Of a DNA stretch of 64,000 nucleotides, positions 40,750 through 50,426 are shown piece by piece. The stretch covers positions 4,554-68,553 of the IMG/VR virus record IMGVR_UViG_3300017992_000023; one strand, 5' to 3'. Both the position numbers and the translations under genes were made by a program. The notes below the pieces were generated by a model. The model did not search any database and was not told the origin of the DNA. It was given only the letters and a program-made list of their open reading frames with translations. Position 1 is the stretch's first letter. The number at the start of each line of letters is the position of its first letter. The DNA is from a virus.

Positions 40750-41011
40750 CTCGAAGAGAAGCTACGGCAGCCACATTGCCGTCTGCTTCCGCTGCTTCCA
40801 ATTCCTCTGAGTGAATACGAGCATCCCACTCAGCACTCAACTGCTCCAAGTAGTTAAAGGCCTGCGGTGCATAAGTAACCTCCTCCTCAACTACATCAGT
40901 CTCCTTGTTATAGATAATGTATACGTTCCCCTTCATTTCAGGGTCTCGCACACTCTCACCGACGATCAGTCGATAGACACCCATTTCCTTAAGTACGGTG
41001 CCTTTTAGCAT
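40733..41011 (-). CDS. Hypothetical protein
   Basis: 92 aa, translationally coupled. Confidence 0.6.
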   Translation of the reverse strand: MLKGTVLKEMGVYRLIVGESVRDPEMKGNVYIIYNKETDVVEEEVTYAPQAFNYLEQLSAEWDARIHSEELEAAEADGNVAAVASLRDGYKH

Positions 41012-41865
41012 TACAGGTCCTCCTTAGATACCGGCTTAAACTCTGAACCACCACCACCGGCGTATTCGACCAGTTCAATGACTTGAACTCCTTCCAGATC
41101 AGCAGACATACCGCTACCGAAGCTGTTGTTATACTGGTATGGACGGATCTGTACCAATACCAATGAGCCGTTGCCAATCTCTTCATTGAACGGATTAGCA
41201 TCTGCATCTACAACATTCGGCTTTCCTGCCTCTTCGCCAGTCACCTTCAGTACGTTACGCTTAACCTTGAAGACGTTATTATCTCCATCCTTCTTGACTT
41301 TCAGGCCAGCCTCTCGCAGCTCTTGTGCGACATCATCCTCGACAAGTAGAGTAATGCTGTACTTTGCAGGTGGGAAACGGTCGTCTGGTTTCTGAACGTG
41401 TGCCCAATTTGCAATACCTTTTACCAACATAAGTTTATTTCTCCCTAGCTCCTTCGAGCTATCTAGATAACGGATAGCGGACTGCAAGATCGCAGGGTTA
41501 TCTTGTAGCAGTCCAAGTCCAGTGTTACAGTTAGAGCATAAAAGCCCCCTAACTGCCCCTGTTTGATGGTCGTGGTCAACGCAGAGATGACCAGAGATAG
41601 TCTCGTCATCCGATCCACATATCGCGCAGCAACCATGCTGTTCATCGATCATAGTCAGGTAATGTTCCTCAGTGATACCATAACTATGCTTAAGGTGATG
41701 GCTCCTTCGGCCTTCAGTCTTACATGAAATGCAGTACATCGCCCTCCCATCAGGGGAGGATTCTTGTCGATGGAAAGCATCGAATGCCTTCTCTGTACCA
41801 CACTTCGTGCAGACCTTACGACCTCTGGAGATATCATACTCTATCTCCTCTCTCGTTCGTGGCAT
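41011..41865 (-). CDS. Endonuclease VII-type HNH domain fused in frame to a T7 gp2.5-like ssDNA-binding protein
   Basis: N-half: CTKC, CISC, YGIT, CAIC, VDHDH.TG.VRGLLC..CN.GLG. C-half from internal ATG 41430 (AGGGAG RBS): KYSI, IGNGS.V, GVQVIELVEY. Confidence 0.8.
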   Translation of the reverse strand: MPRTREEIEYDISRGRKVCTKCGTEKAFDAFHRQESSPDGRAMYCISCKTEGRRSHHLKHSYGITEEHYLTMIDEQHGCCAICGSDDETISGHLCVDHDHQTGAVRGLLCSNCNTGLGLLQDNPAILQSAIRYLDSSKELGRNKLMLVKGIANWAHVQKPDDRFPPAKYSITLLVEDDVAQELREAGLKVKKDGDNNVFKVKRNVLKVTGEEAGKPNVVDADANPFNEEIGNGSLVLVQIRPYQYNNSFGSGMSADLEGVQVIELVEYAGGGGSEFKPVSKEDL

Positions 41866-41901
41866 ACTATATTAGACAACCTCCTTACCAATAAAGTTCC
41901 A

Positions 41902-43881
41902 TTAGTGAGTCTCAGCCCAGTTATTACCTACCATGTACTCAGCGTCCATAGGGATTCTCATCCCAAGATCGACACCTGCTTGGCGAATACTCTTCACACC
42001 AAGCTCGCCCACTCGACAATAGTGTCGGCTATAGATCCCATCATGTTCATGGATACCTGACCAGATTTGGTCGCCATAAGGCCTAGAGCGCACAGCTTCT
42101 AGGTTGTCCGATTCATAGGACAGTACAAACCTCTTAGGCACACCAGTTTGAAGTTCATCATGAACATTTGCAAGATACTCCCACTGAAGGCGCTCATCTC
42201 TCGCCCAGTGATCAAAGATCTGTGCAGACTTCTTCATGATGATTGAACCGCATGACTGAAATAGAGCGTTGAGAGCAGAGTGGCTAGACCGGATCAGGAT
42301 CTTACGTCCATCGATACCGGGAACATAGCCATACTCTTCTGCCATACGCATGATCTTATCACGCAGTCGCCCTAAGCCTGGGTTGTTATCCCAAAACTCC
42401 TCGAATCGCGACTCAGCGATCTTCCTAGGAATCTTAAGAGTCTCAGCTAACTTAGGGACTTGTGCCCCATAAACGAGAGCATAGAATCCGTTCTTGCTGA
42501 TATTTCGGTAGGGTGTGAACTCTGCATCGGCTTTCGTTAGCCCCTCAGTCTCTTCCGGAAAGAAGATATGAGCGTTATGCGAATGTACGTCACCCTCAAG
42601 TATCAGCTGAGCGAACTCGCCGCCATCAAACTTATAGGTATAATGCGCCATTACCCTAGCTTCTAGTCCAGCCCCATCCCAGCCAACTAAGTAGTCGCTT
42701 TGATGTGGTATGAACAGCTGACGCATCTGTTCCCCAAATAACACTTTTGGATCGGCCTTCGGCACATTAACGACAATTTTATGCTTCATCCTAGCGGTAT
42801 TAGTTCCCGCTGAATCAGCACCGGCTGTCAACCTTCCGTCAGGTCTTAGCTTGTCGATCCAACCTTCGATTTGGGATTTGCGGTGAGCATAGGTATAGTA
42901 CTCAGCGAGCTTTTTACCTATGGGAAGTTCCATCTGACTTAGTGTCTCAACTGGTTTCCCTTTGTCAGTTAGCTTCCATTTCTCACCACTTGGTGTCTTG
43001 AGCGTTGGTTTCCACCCGAGCTTAAGTAGCTGGTCCGCCAAACGCTCTCTTTTTGTTAATGATGGCTCTTCAAACGACACCCTAGTAAAAGGGCCACCAA
43101 CCGAATGGACGTCCTCGCCCATATAGTTAACGACAGCTTGAGAATAGTCTAAGTTCTTCTTAAACGGCTTCTTAAGTTCTGTCCCGGCATACACCTCGTA
43201 GGATAGATAGGATCTGATGTCGCTATACAAGTCCTCTAGAATCGCATCCAACGTCTTGATGTGCTGGTGCGCGAGCTGTATGTCAAATGGGAAACCTGTG
43301 ACCTCTTGTTGGTGTATGATCCAGGCTATGTATTGCTCTAGCTCAAACGCTGGAGCCCACTCCCAATCGCCTGCCTCCTCGATCATCTTGAGGAATGAGA
43401 GATGGTTGATCTCTACGTCCTCAGTACACCTATGAAGCATCTCCTTATCAAATGTTTCCCACTCATAGTAGGGCGGCTTACCGCGGCCCACTCGATAACC
43501 CCAAGTTGCAAGACTATGGGGAGTCATCTTGTCCAGTCTCCCTGTCAAGGGATTCACTACACTTGTAGGGCAGTTAACTGGCAATTGACGATCTGGGTTT
43601 AACACCTTAGAGATTACAAGTGTATCGACTACCTTCTCTAAGGGCCATGAGAAGCCCATAAGCTTCTCTAATACCGGTAGGTCGTATGAAATTATGTTAT
43701 GACCTACAAGAAAGTCCGCGGAGTAAAGCTCATCTGTGGCATACTTCAGCGTATTCTCGTAATACTGGTTGACTGTGCCAGTCTGGAGGTCCTTTATTAC
43801 GATACAATGTACTGTGTCCGGGTCAAACCCATTTGCCTCGATATCGAATACGAGGTACTTCTCACTTTTCAAGTCATACAT
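41902..43881 (-). CDS. polA: DNA polymerase family A (T7-like) with 3'-5' exonuclease
   Basis: FDIE, GHNIISYD, HSL..WG, motif A DGAGLEARVMAHY, motif B KNGFYALVYG, motif C HDE. Confidence 0.95.
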   Translation of the reverse strand: MYDLKSEKYLVFDIEANGFDPDTVHCIVIKDLQTGTVNQYYENTLKYATDELYSADFLVGHNIISYDLPVLEKLMGFSWPLEKVVDTLVISKVLNPDRQLPVNCPTSVVNPLTGRLDKMTPHSLATWGYRVGRGKPPYYEWETFDKEMLHRCTEDVEINHLSFLKMIEEAGDWEWAPAFELEQYIAWIIHQQEVTGFPFDIQLAHQHIKTLDAILEDLYSDIRSYLSYEVYAGTELKKPFKKNLDYSQAVVNYMGEDVHSVGGPFTRVSFEEPSLTKRERLADQLLKLGWKPTLKTPSGEKWKLTDKGKPVETLSQMELPIGKKLAEYYTYAHRKSQIEGWIDKLRPDGRLTAGADSAGTNTARMKHKIVVNVPKADPKVLFGEQMRQLFIPHQSDYLVGWDGAGLEARVMAHYTYKFDGGEFAQLILEGDVHSHNAHIFFPEETEGLTKADAEFTPYRNISKNGFYALVYGAQVPKLAETLKIPRKIAESRFEEFWDNNPGLGRLRDKIMRMAEEYGYVPGIDGRKILIRSSHSALNALFQSCGSIIMKKSAQIFDHWARDERLQWEYLANVHDELQTGVPKRFVLSYESDNLEAVRSRPYGDQIWSGIHEHDGIYSRHYCRVGELGVKSIRQAGVDLGMRIPMDAEYMVGNNWAETH

Positions 43882-43889
43882 TTACTCTC

Positions 43890-44042
43890 CTAAGGTGCAT
43901 AGGGAGGGAGGTCCTCGCCTTCATCATCGAGCTCTATCTCGTTTATGAGATCTGCAAGCTCTTCCTCTGCATCCATTTGATCTCCATTAATCAGAGCTTC
44001 ATGGATATCCGATAGTCGATACATAATATCTGTTTTAGTCAT
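43890..44042 (-). CDS. Small acidic protein (50 aa)
   Basis: MTKTDIMYRLSDIHEALINGDQMDAEEELADLINEIELDDEGEDLPPYAP*; AGGAG RBS and ATGA coupling. Confidence 0.55.
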   Translation of the reverse strand: MTKTDIMYRLSDIHEALINGDQMDAEEELADLINEIELDDEGEDLPPYAP

Positions 44043-44575
44043 TGTCTACTCCTAATCAATAGGTCTTGATATTGGACAACAGGAACTCCATAAAGTTTCA
44101 TGTTCTCCTCTACGCATACATTGAGATATCTTGGATCATCAATAGTATTCTCATGAACATGGCCATGAGCATTCGCATTCCCCCTTAGCTCTTCCGGATG
44201 GATAGGAGCATGAGAGAGCCAAATTCCTTTATACTCACAGAAACCGCGGATCACATTGAAGTATTGTGTATAGGCCTCTATACCCATGTCATCATGGTTG
44301 CCTAGAATGAGGTTCTTGGTTCCATTAATTCTTCCGATCTTACTCAGATGATGCCACCCATCTCCTGGTTTATCCAATGTACCTGGACGACCCCAAGAGA
44401 CGTCTCCTAGCATCCATAGATTGTCTTTAGGATGAACCACGGAGTTGATAGCATCTATAAGCCACTCATCATGTTCATCTACATTGGAGCCCTTCCGATA
44501 CCTATAAGAAAACTTTACAATGTTCTCATGGCCTAGATGTAAATCCGATATAAAATATGTCTTAGGTGATGCCAT
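44039..44575 (-). CDS. Calcineurin-like metallophosphoesterase
   Basis: SDLHLGH, LGD, GNHD, SHAP, HGHVH; likely start 44575. Confidence 0.9.
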   Translation of the reverse strand: MASPKTYFISDLHLGHENIVKFSYRYRKGSNVDEHDEWLIDAINSVVHPKDNLWMLGDVSWGRPGTLDKPGDGWHHLSKIGRINGTKNLILGNHDDMGIEAYTQYFNVIRGFCEYKGIWLSHAPIHPEELRGNANAHGHVHENTIDDPRYLNVCVEENMKLYGVPVVQYQDLLIRSRQ

Positions 44576-45125
44576 TCGGAACCTCCTGCTCTTGGATTTG
44601 GTAGAGTCGCACAAATGACCAATCGCATTGATCTGCTCGTTTAACGCTAAACGAGTCTTCTTTGTCTAGGGCGACAAGAAATGAAGCTATGCCGAGCTCT
44701 TTCACCTTCACCCACCTCGGCAACGGACGCTCACCACCTTTATGTACGATCCAGTCGGATTGTGCGAGTTTGGTGATCGGGTGGTCGATGCAATGAACAA
44801 ATCTACCATTTCCGGAAGTTTTGCTTGAGCTTCCGTAAATAAAGACCATTGGAGTGCTGCCATCTACACCAGCGAAGTGGTGACGAAATGACAAGCCTTT
44901 TCGCCATACCAACGTATCCATCGGTAACCCTACCAGCGGGTGCGGCTTGGGGGCGATGCGGATTTCATATTGGCCTTTTATTGACGCGGCAAGGTCTTCT
45001 AATTCGCGAATCGGGTTCCACTTTGCGCCTTCAACTAACTTAGCACGCCACTCCACTTTTTCTTCCCGCATAAACGCGTCAAGGCAGTCTTGTGCGTGTT
45101 GGATTTCTGATTCTGTGTATTTCAT
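44562..45125 (-). CDS. Hypothetical protein
   Basis: 187 aa, coupled to both neighbours. Confidence 0.55.
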   Translation of the reverse strand: MKYTESEIQHAQDCLDAFMREEKVEWRAKLVEGAKWNPIRELEDLAASIKGQYEIRIAPKPHPLVGLPMDTLVWRKGLSFRHHFAGVDGSTPMVFIYGSSSKTSGNGRFVHCIDHPITKLAQSDWIVHKGGERPLPRWVKVKELGIASFLVALDKEDSFSVKRADQCDWSFVRLYQIQEQEVPNGIT

Positions 45126-46006
45126 AGCGTTTTCCTATATTGAATCCATCCCCTGAAATTGCCCGACCAAAGATCTTGATTTGAGTCTACATGAGTGATT
45201 CCCGCTTCCCACTGTACTGCGGGATTATAAACCTCCAAACAACGGGGATCTTCCATAGGGCTAGCCTGATGCTCGAATGGACTCATATGACCGGCTTCTT
45301 GAAGCATGTCATGCAGCTTAATATCCTTCTCGATGTCAGGATCGCTCTTATCGTGATTCTGGTAGGACACACGAGCACAGCGAGCTGCAGATAGCTTTTG
45401 GTACTGATGCCCGAATGACTGGCCATAGAAACGATCTTTCTCAGTTACGTAAGGAAGATGGCTATCGAAACGGCCCAGCTCTTCAGGCTCACAGTTATCC
45501 ATAGCATCAGCCATGATTCGAGCCAGCTCATAGATCTCTGGTTGTGCATCTGGATGAAGCCGTAGATTAAAGAAGTTCTCCCATTCAGTAGCTGTTACAA
45601 CAACCTTAATAAACTGGAATGGTTCAGTCAGTCGGTTAACGATCTGCTTATGATAGCCAGCATCGCTGAACCCCTTCGCATGGATACGAGACCAATTAGC
45701 TGCTTCGAGCCAAGCCTCTTCCCTAGAGTAATTATGACCTATTCCATAGTCCAATAGGACTTCTGTGTCCTGCTCTTCCGCGGCTTGCATTCCTGGCTTA
45801 TTTTTGCCCCAATGAATGGGCATAGCTGGTTGTTCCCTGATCTGTTCTAGCAGCTTATCCACGGGGATAGCTCTGCTGCTAGAAGCATTCCTAGAGAACA
45901 TCCGATGGGTCATGAACTCAGCATGAATAAACCGTGGATACTGTAACTCAAGAGTAGTAATGCGAATACCATTAGCAATGCTGTCGGCAACCACTTTGGC
46001 ATACAT
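45122..46006 (-). CDS. thyX: Flavin-dependent thymidylate synthase-like protein (phage ThyX-like)
   Basis: YPRFIHAEFMTHRMFSRNASSSRAIP, NRL.EPF, W.NFF.LR, AQPEI, ARCARVSY, H.SPFEH; start 46006 with AGGAGG. Confidence 0.8.
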   Translation of the reverse strand: MYAKVVADSIANGIRITTLELQYPRFIHAEFMTHRMFSRNASSSRAIPVDKLLEQIREQPAMPIHWGKNKPGMQAAEEQDTEVLLDYGIGHNYSREEAWLEAANWSRIHAKGFSDAGYHKQIVNRLTEPFQFIKVVVTATEWENFFNLRLHPDAQPEIYELARIMADAMDNCEPEELGRFDSHLPYVTEKDRFYGQSFGHQYQKLSAARCARVSYQNHDKSDPDIEKDIKLHDMLQEAGHMSPFEHQASPMEDPRCLEVYNPAVQWEAGITHVDSNQDLWSGNFRGWIQYRKTL

Positions 46007-46031
46007 ACCTCCTTTACCAAATGATTCGGAT

Positions 46032-46322
46032 TTATACAACCTTAACCTCCAAGCCCCCTTCGAACCCCTCAAGGATCAATGTGTCTCCATCAATAATATC
46101 AACTTTTAATTCACCAATAGGCGTACTGTCGTAAAGGAACTTTACTAGGATATTACCCTGGGAATAAGATAGCTCTTGCTTGTTCCAGAGTACAAAAGAT
46201 TTACCATTCTCACATTTACGGATATAGGGTTTCCTATTGTGAGACAGAAGGTTACGTTTTACCACCTCTGAAAACATAACTTCCCCCTTAATAGGAGCTG
46301 GTGAGCACATCCAATCAAACAT
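46032..46322 (-). CDS. Hypothetical protein
   Basis: 96 aa in operon. Confidence 0.55.
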   Translation of the reverse strand: MFDWMCSPAPIKGEVMFSEVVKRNLLSHNRKPYIRKCENGKSFVLWNKQELSYSQGNILVKFLYDSTPIGELKVDIIDGDTLILEGFEGGLEVKVV

Positions 46323-46506
46323 GGCCGACAGCCTCCTCAGCCTTCTTCAGCTTCTTCTTGAGCTGGCGAACGGGGTTAACGTATGGTATACCATTATTGA
46401 TATACCGATAGCGTCGGCGATTCTTGGTCGCCAGCTTCTCTTCTTTCAATCTAGCCCTATAGTCCTCATAGGATTCGTCTTCGTATCGTTTGTTAGACAG
46501 TTTCAT
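46315..46506 (-). CDS. Small basic hypothetical protein
   Basis: 63 aa, R...ESYEDYR.R motif. Confidence 0.55.
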   Translation of the reverse strand: MKLSNKRYEDESYEDYRARLKEEKLATKNRRRYRYINNGIPYVNPVRQLKKKLKKAEEAVGHV

Positions 46507-46730
46507 TCTAAATCTCCTGCGGTAAGGCCCCAGTCACCCTCTTGGTTGAGGCGGTAGTCCTTAGTCCACCGTTCTTTTTCTGACATAAAAAATTGTACAC
46601 CAATACCCTCGCCGTGTATGCCATGAGTATCGGATCCCTCTCCCATTAGAATACTCATAGAGGCATTATACTTCTCTAGTAGGTGTTTCAGTTCCGCTCT
46701 GAAACCTGCGAGCTTAATGTTCTCTTCCAT
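46503..46730 (-). CDS. Hypothetical protein
   Basis: 75 aa, coupled. Confidence 0.55.
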   Translation of the reverse strand: MEENIKLAGFRAELKHLLEKYNASMSILMGEGSDTHGIHGEGIGVQFFMSEKERWTKDYRLNQEGDWGLTAGDLE

Positions 46731-46733
46731 TCT

Positions 46734-47000
46734 CTAACTCCTATTCGTCTGGCGCTCATAATCCGCCAGCGCAGTAGTGAGTATCTTTTGCATGGACTTC
46801 AGCCCATTGTAATCTAAAACTATGGTCGCCCTTGGGTCTTGAAGAATCTCGGCTGCATGTTCATGCATACCTTCTACAGTCCAGCGTGACGTTTCGGCCC
46901 CTGGGTCAAATATCATCTGAAGCTGGTAATTCCCTCGGTCAGATTTCCCGTGGTAGAGCTCTATTGAGGTAGGGCCGCAATACTTATTGCCTCTACACAT
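46734..47000 (-). CDS. Hypothetical protein
   Basis: 88 aa, coupled. Confidence 0.55.
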   Translation of the reverse strand: MCRGNKYCGPTSIELYHGKSDRGNYQLQMIFDPGAETSRWTVEGMHEHAAEILQDPRATIVLDYNGLKSMQKILTTALADYERQTNRS

Positions 47001-47218
47001 TACATTTGTACTCCTGGTGGGACATTGGGATTGAGCTTCTCTACAGGTTCATCGATCTGCTGGATGCAGACAGCCTGATAATTAACGATAGGCCTGCCAA
47101 TAGACTCTACGAGAAACTCTCGTTCATCGAAGCACTCATTCATAGAGTCGTACTCAGCATACGCGTCGATGCTGGGCTCTCCGAGTGCTACAGTTAGATA
47201 GACTAAGATCCACTTCAT
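47000..47218 (-). CDS. Small hypothetical protein
   Basis: 72 aa, hydrophobic N-terminus, two Cys. Confidence 0.55.
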   Translation of the reverse strand: MKWILVYLTVALGEPSIDAYAEYDSMNECFDEREFLVESIGRPIVNYQAVCIQQIDEPVEKLNPNVPPGVQM

Positions 47219-47223
47219 AATAA

Positions 47224-47436
47224 TTACTCCACATAACTAAGGGTTTGTACCCTAATCGTATTTACCTTATCACATTTAGGGCATATAAACGATTGCCCAT
47301 TGAGATCTGCTGCAATAGCTGGAGGCATATCGTGGATCCCATATGTCGACAAGGAGCAATCTCCGGCTTTCGACTGTGCCTCAATAATCTCACCACAGTT
47401 AGTACAGTGAAAATTCACTTCATCAAACATGCCCAT
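47224..47436 (-). CDS. Zinc-ribbon protein
   Basis: MGMFD, CTNC, QSK, CPKC; AGGAGG RBS. Confidence 0.65.
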   Translation of the reverse strand: MGMFDEVNFHCTNCGEIIEAQSKAGDCSLSTYGIHDMPPAIAADLNGQSFICPKCDKVNTIRVQTLSYVE

Positions 47437-47559
47437 TCTTAACCTCCTTATGAAGCCGGTTACGTCGGAGCTCGAACCACCAGCACGTTAGTTTTCCGTA
47501 GCCTTCTCTTCCCCACAGGAATCTTTCTACGGTTGAAACAGCGTTCTCTAAAGTAGTGC

Positions 47560-49209
47560 TCATAGCTCCTCTGCCATATCCTCAGGACGTTTCTCAAGCC
47601 ACCTACCAGTATCATGGTGATACTTCAGCTTAAACGTTGTACCGGTCGCTAACCCGGTGTTGCGATCTTTCAATACACGGAATGTTGTTGTGTTCCTCTC
47701 ATCTTCGTCTTCAGCTTGGCTATTACGCTCAAGACCAAATAGAAAATGGCTCCAGAACACGATAGAACCTGACCCTTTAAATTGGTCGGCTGTGACACGT
47801 CCGCCCTCTTCGTGCGGAGTTCCTGCTGGTTTACGCAGGTGTGAGATATAGAAGATTGTGCAACCCAGCTCTTCCGTTAAACTGGCCAATTCTTCCATAA
47901 TACGGTTGAGTGCCTTGTACTCGTTATCCTCTTGAGCAACAAGTGCTGTTAGATGGTCTAGGAAAATATCCTTAATTCCTAGTGCTGTGACCATATACTT
48001 GATCTTAGATCTGATATGGTTCCAGTCTTTTGCTCCGAAGTGGTTGTATAGGTACACCTTACCCTTAAGACTGTTGATCCCGTCCTGCAGTTCATCTACC
48101 GTCCAGTCTTCACCTGGAATATGGAACCTCTTGTTGAACTTCTTACCTGCAAGCACTTTAAGTGTTTTGGCAGCAGGCTCTTCAAGAAACAAGACTCCAA
48201 CAGGAAGATTATGGACACTGATGACGTGGTTAATAATCTCTTTAAAAGCTTCAGTCTTACCTGCACCTGATCCGGCACCAATACCGTAGAGCTCTCCCCT
48301 CCGATAGCCAAACGTAGCTTTAGTAAGAGTAGGCCAAGGGAAAGACAAGCCCCATTCGACAGGCTTCATTGCTTCTTCGGCAATATCTTCGACTGAACAA
48401 ATACCATCAGGCCTAGTAGTCGATGCATTCCAGAGAGAATTAAAGAACTCATCACCCTTATTGGCTTGCAGAAGATCATTAGCATCCTTTTCAGAGAAGT
48501 GCATAACCTTCACCTTGCCTGGAGTCAGAAGTTCTGATACCTCTTTAGCGGCCTTCTGCCCTGGCTCATCCTGATCGAACGCAATTGCGATGGACTCGAA
48601 TGTTTCGAGGTATTCGATATTATCTCGGATCGCTCTTGTATTAGCCCCATTCGGCAGAGACACGACCTTGTAATTCTTCCCACGCTTTTGGAACATCTGC
48701 CATGCGGACATTGCATCAAATTCACCCTCAGTGATTACAAGCAGCTTCCCGCCTTTAGGCGCTGTTTGCTGCCCAAATAGGGTATTAGCCTGTTCAGTTC
48801 TCTGTATGCGAAACTTCTTATCCGCGTCTCTTGTCTTGTATCCTACAAGCCTTCCATCCTCCGAGTAGATAGGATAGTGAACCTCTGCAATCTCTCCGGT
48901 CGATTCGTCCACAGAGCAACGGACCCCGAAATGCTCGCAAGCCTCCTTAGTCAGGCCCCGATTAGGGATGGCGATGATAGTACTCTCCGCCTTAATTTGG
49001 TCAATCATCTGACCTCCAATTGGTTTAAAAGATTGAGGAGGGTCCTTGATTCCCTCCGGATCTACGCCCCTCTGTGGAGTGTTGCAACTAAAGCAATACC
49101 CCGTGATACCTCTCTCTCCTGAGTCGTAGATCGCATAAGCATCCGACGATCCACAATCAGGATTAGGACAAGGCAGGCCAGACTGTATCAGCTTGCCTTC
49201 AGTCTTCAT
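47560..49209 (-). CDS. Primase-helicase (T7 gp4-like)
   Basis: Zn finger CP.PDCGSSD...CFSC, TOPRIM TEGEFDA and FDQD, Walker A AGSGAGKT, IFLDH, ISHL, VLKDR.TG. Confidence 0.95.
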   Translation of the reverse strand: MKTEGKLIQSGLPCPNPDCGSSDAYAIYDSGERGITGYCFSCNTPQRGVDPEGIKDPPQSFKPIGGQMIDQIKAESTIIAIPNRGLTKEACEHFGVRCSVDESTGEIAEVHYPIYSEDGRLVGYKTRDADKKFRIQRTEQANTLFGQQTAPKGGKLLVITEGEFDAMSAWQMFQKRGKNYKVVSLPNGANTRAIRDNIEYLETFESIAIAFDQDEPGQKAAKEVSELLTPGKVKVMHFSEKDANDLLQANKGDEFFNSLWNASTTRPDGICSVEDIAEEAMKPVEWGLSFPWPTLTKATFGYRRGELYGIGAGSGAGKTEAFKEIINHVISVHNLPVGVLFLEEPAAKTLKVLAGKKFNKRFHIPGEDWTVDELQDGINSLKGKVYLYNHFGAKDWNHIRSKIKYMVTALGIKDIFLDHLTALVAQEDNEYKALNRIMEELASLTEELGCTIFYISHLRKPAGTPHEEGGRVTADQFKGSGSIVFWSHFLFGLERNSQAEDEDERNTTTFRVLKDRNTGLATGTTFKLKYHHDTGRWLEKRPEDMAEEL

Positions 49210-49220
49210 ATATTCATCTC

Positions 49221-49547
49221 CTAGGACTTATTTTTTAAGATTAACAGTTGATTCTCTAGATGCCGAATCTGTTGCTCATTTCGAAGACGCGCATCCTTCT
49301 CAGCAGCCTCCTGCTCCTCGGGAGTTAGCGGTCTCATGTACCAGACACGAACAAAAGCATACGTCTCGTCATACTCAGTGTCCCAATCAACTTCGAAATT
49401 CGCTTCATCTCGATATTCGACTGGTACCAAAGACAGAAGTTCCTGAAACTTCTTGATGGCATCTTTAAGGTTGTTATTAATATCCCAAGCTCTGATGTGA
49501 GCTACCTCTACGGTTTTAGATCCGACATGTCCCTTGAAGCGAATCAT
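49221..49547 (-). CDS. Hypothetical protein
   Basis: 108 aa. Confidence 0.55.
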   Translation of the reverse strand: MIRFKGHVGSKTVEVAHIRAWDINNNLKDAIKKFQELLSLVPVEYRDEANFEVDWDTEYDETYAFVRVWYMRPLTPEEQEAAEKDARLRNEQQIRHLENQLLILKNKS

Positions 49548-49550
49548 GAC

Positions 49551-50426
49551 TTAAGCCGCCTTAGCTTGCTTACCAAGCTTGAAGAGCATCCGCTTAGCTG
49601 CTTCCCAGTTTGGTTGGAAGATAGAGGGATCCTCGTAATCACTGTAATCCCAGCATGAACCATCCTCCTCCAGGTGCTCAATGGCCTCATAGTCTCCAGA
49701 CCTATGAGCGAGGATGAGATTACTCAATGACTGAACCCCACCATATTCATGAGCGTATTCAGATTCGCCACTAGCGTTGATAGAATCCTTGAATGGCTGT
49801 AGATCAAGGTCTCCCATGAGATCAATGAATCCTTTAATGCTGCCAAAGGCCCTATTGAGTGGCCGGAGGTATGAAGAGTCGTTGCAAGACTGAGCATCAT
49901 AATCCTTCGAGAGACTGACGAAGTCCCCCTTTGCTGATGCTGTAGTAGCTACACGGAGCAGAAGAGTGTAGAAGGACAGGGATGCTGGGTGATCAGCCCA
50001 CACTGAATCCCCCTCTGCCAAGAAGTATCTGGCATTTAAAAGCGGATCACTTGATTCGATCTCCTCTACCGTAGTGAGTCCCTTTCCAGTCTCCTTAAAG
50101 ACCTTGTTCAATGGCTCGATATTTTCCAGGAGATACTTAGCTTCTCCCTCAGAGGATACTCGCATAATAAGACGAGTCTTGTCCCTATCAATAGGGTTGT
50201 CCTCACCGTCGAACTCAAATCCATAGATCTTCGGGATAGCCTCGTTCCAAGCAGTCGACATGACCGCATCACCGAGGAAGTCGCGGCACTTAACCCATTC
50301 GTGCTGAGCTACAAGCGACCCATCCTCCTTCTTAGACACGAAGGTCCACCGAAGAGTTCCATCCTGACTGATTTCAGAGAGGTCGCTACCATAGATGTCA
50401 TCGAATTCAGTAAACTTTTTCATCAT
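49551..50426 (-). CDS. Hypothetical protein at the end of the amidoligase cluster
   Basis: Likely start 50426 coupled to the upstream stop; CRDFL.D motif. Confidence 0.6.
   Translation of the reverse strand: MMKKFTEFDDIYGSDLSEISQDGTLRWTFVSKKEDGSLVAQHEWVKCRDFLGDAVMSTAWNEAIPKIYGFEFDGEDNPIDRDKTRLIMRVSSEGEAKYLLENIEPLNKVFKETGKGLTTVEEIESSDPLLNARYFLAEGDSVWADHPASLSFYTLLLRVATTASAKGDFVSLSKDYDAQSCNDSSYLRPLNRAFGSIKGFIDLMGDLDLQPFKDSINASGESEYAHEYGGVQSLSNLILAHRSGDYEAIEHLEEDGSCWDYSDYEDPSIFQPNWEAAKRMLFKLGKQAKAA

Noticed and set aside
36598-43881. Introns or inteins in nrdA and polA
   Set aside because: Both ORFs are continuous, of normal length and lack splicing motifs; the EndoVII gene lies outside polA
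47440-47560. Possible tRNA (GGTTCGAG on the - strand)
   Set aside because: No paired T-stem or cloverleaf; the gap is better explained by a short ORF overlapping the helicase stop
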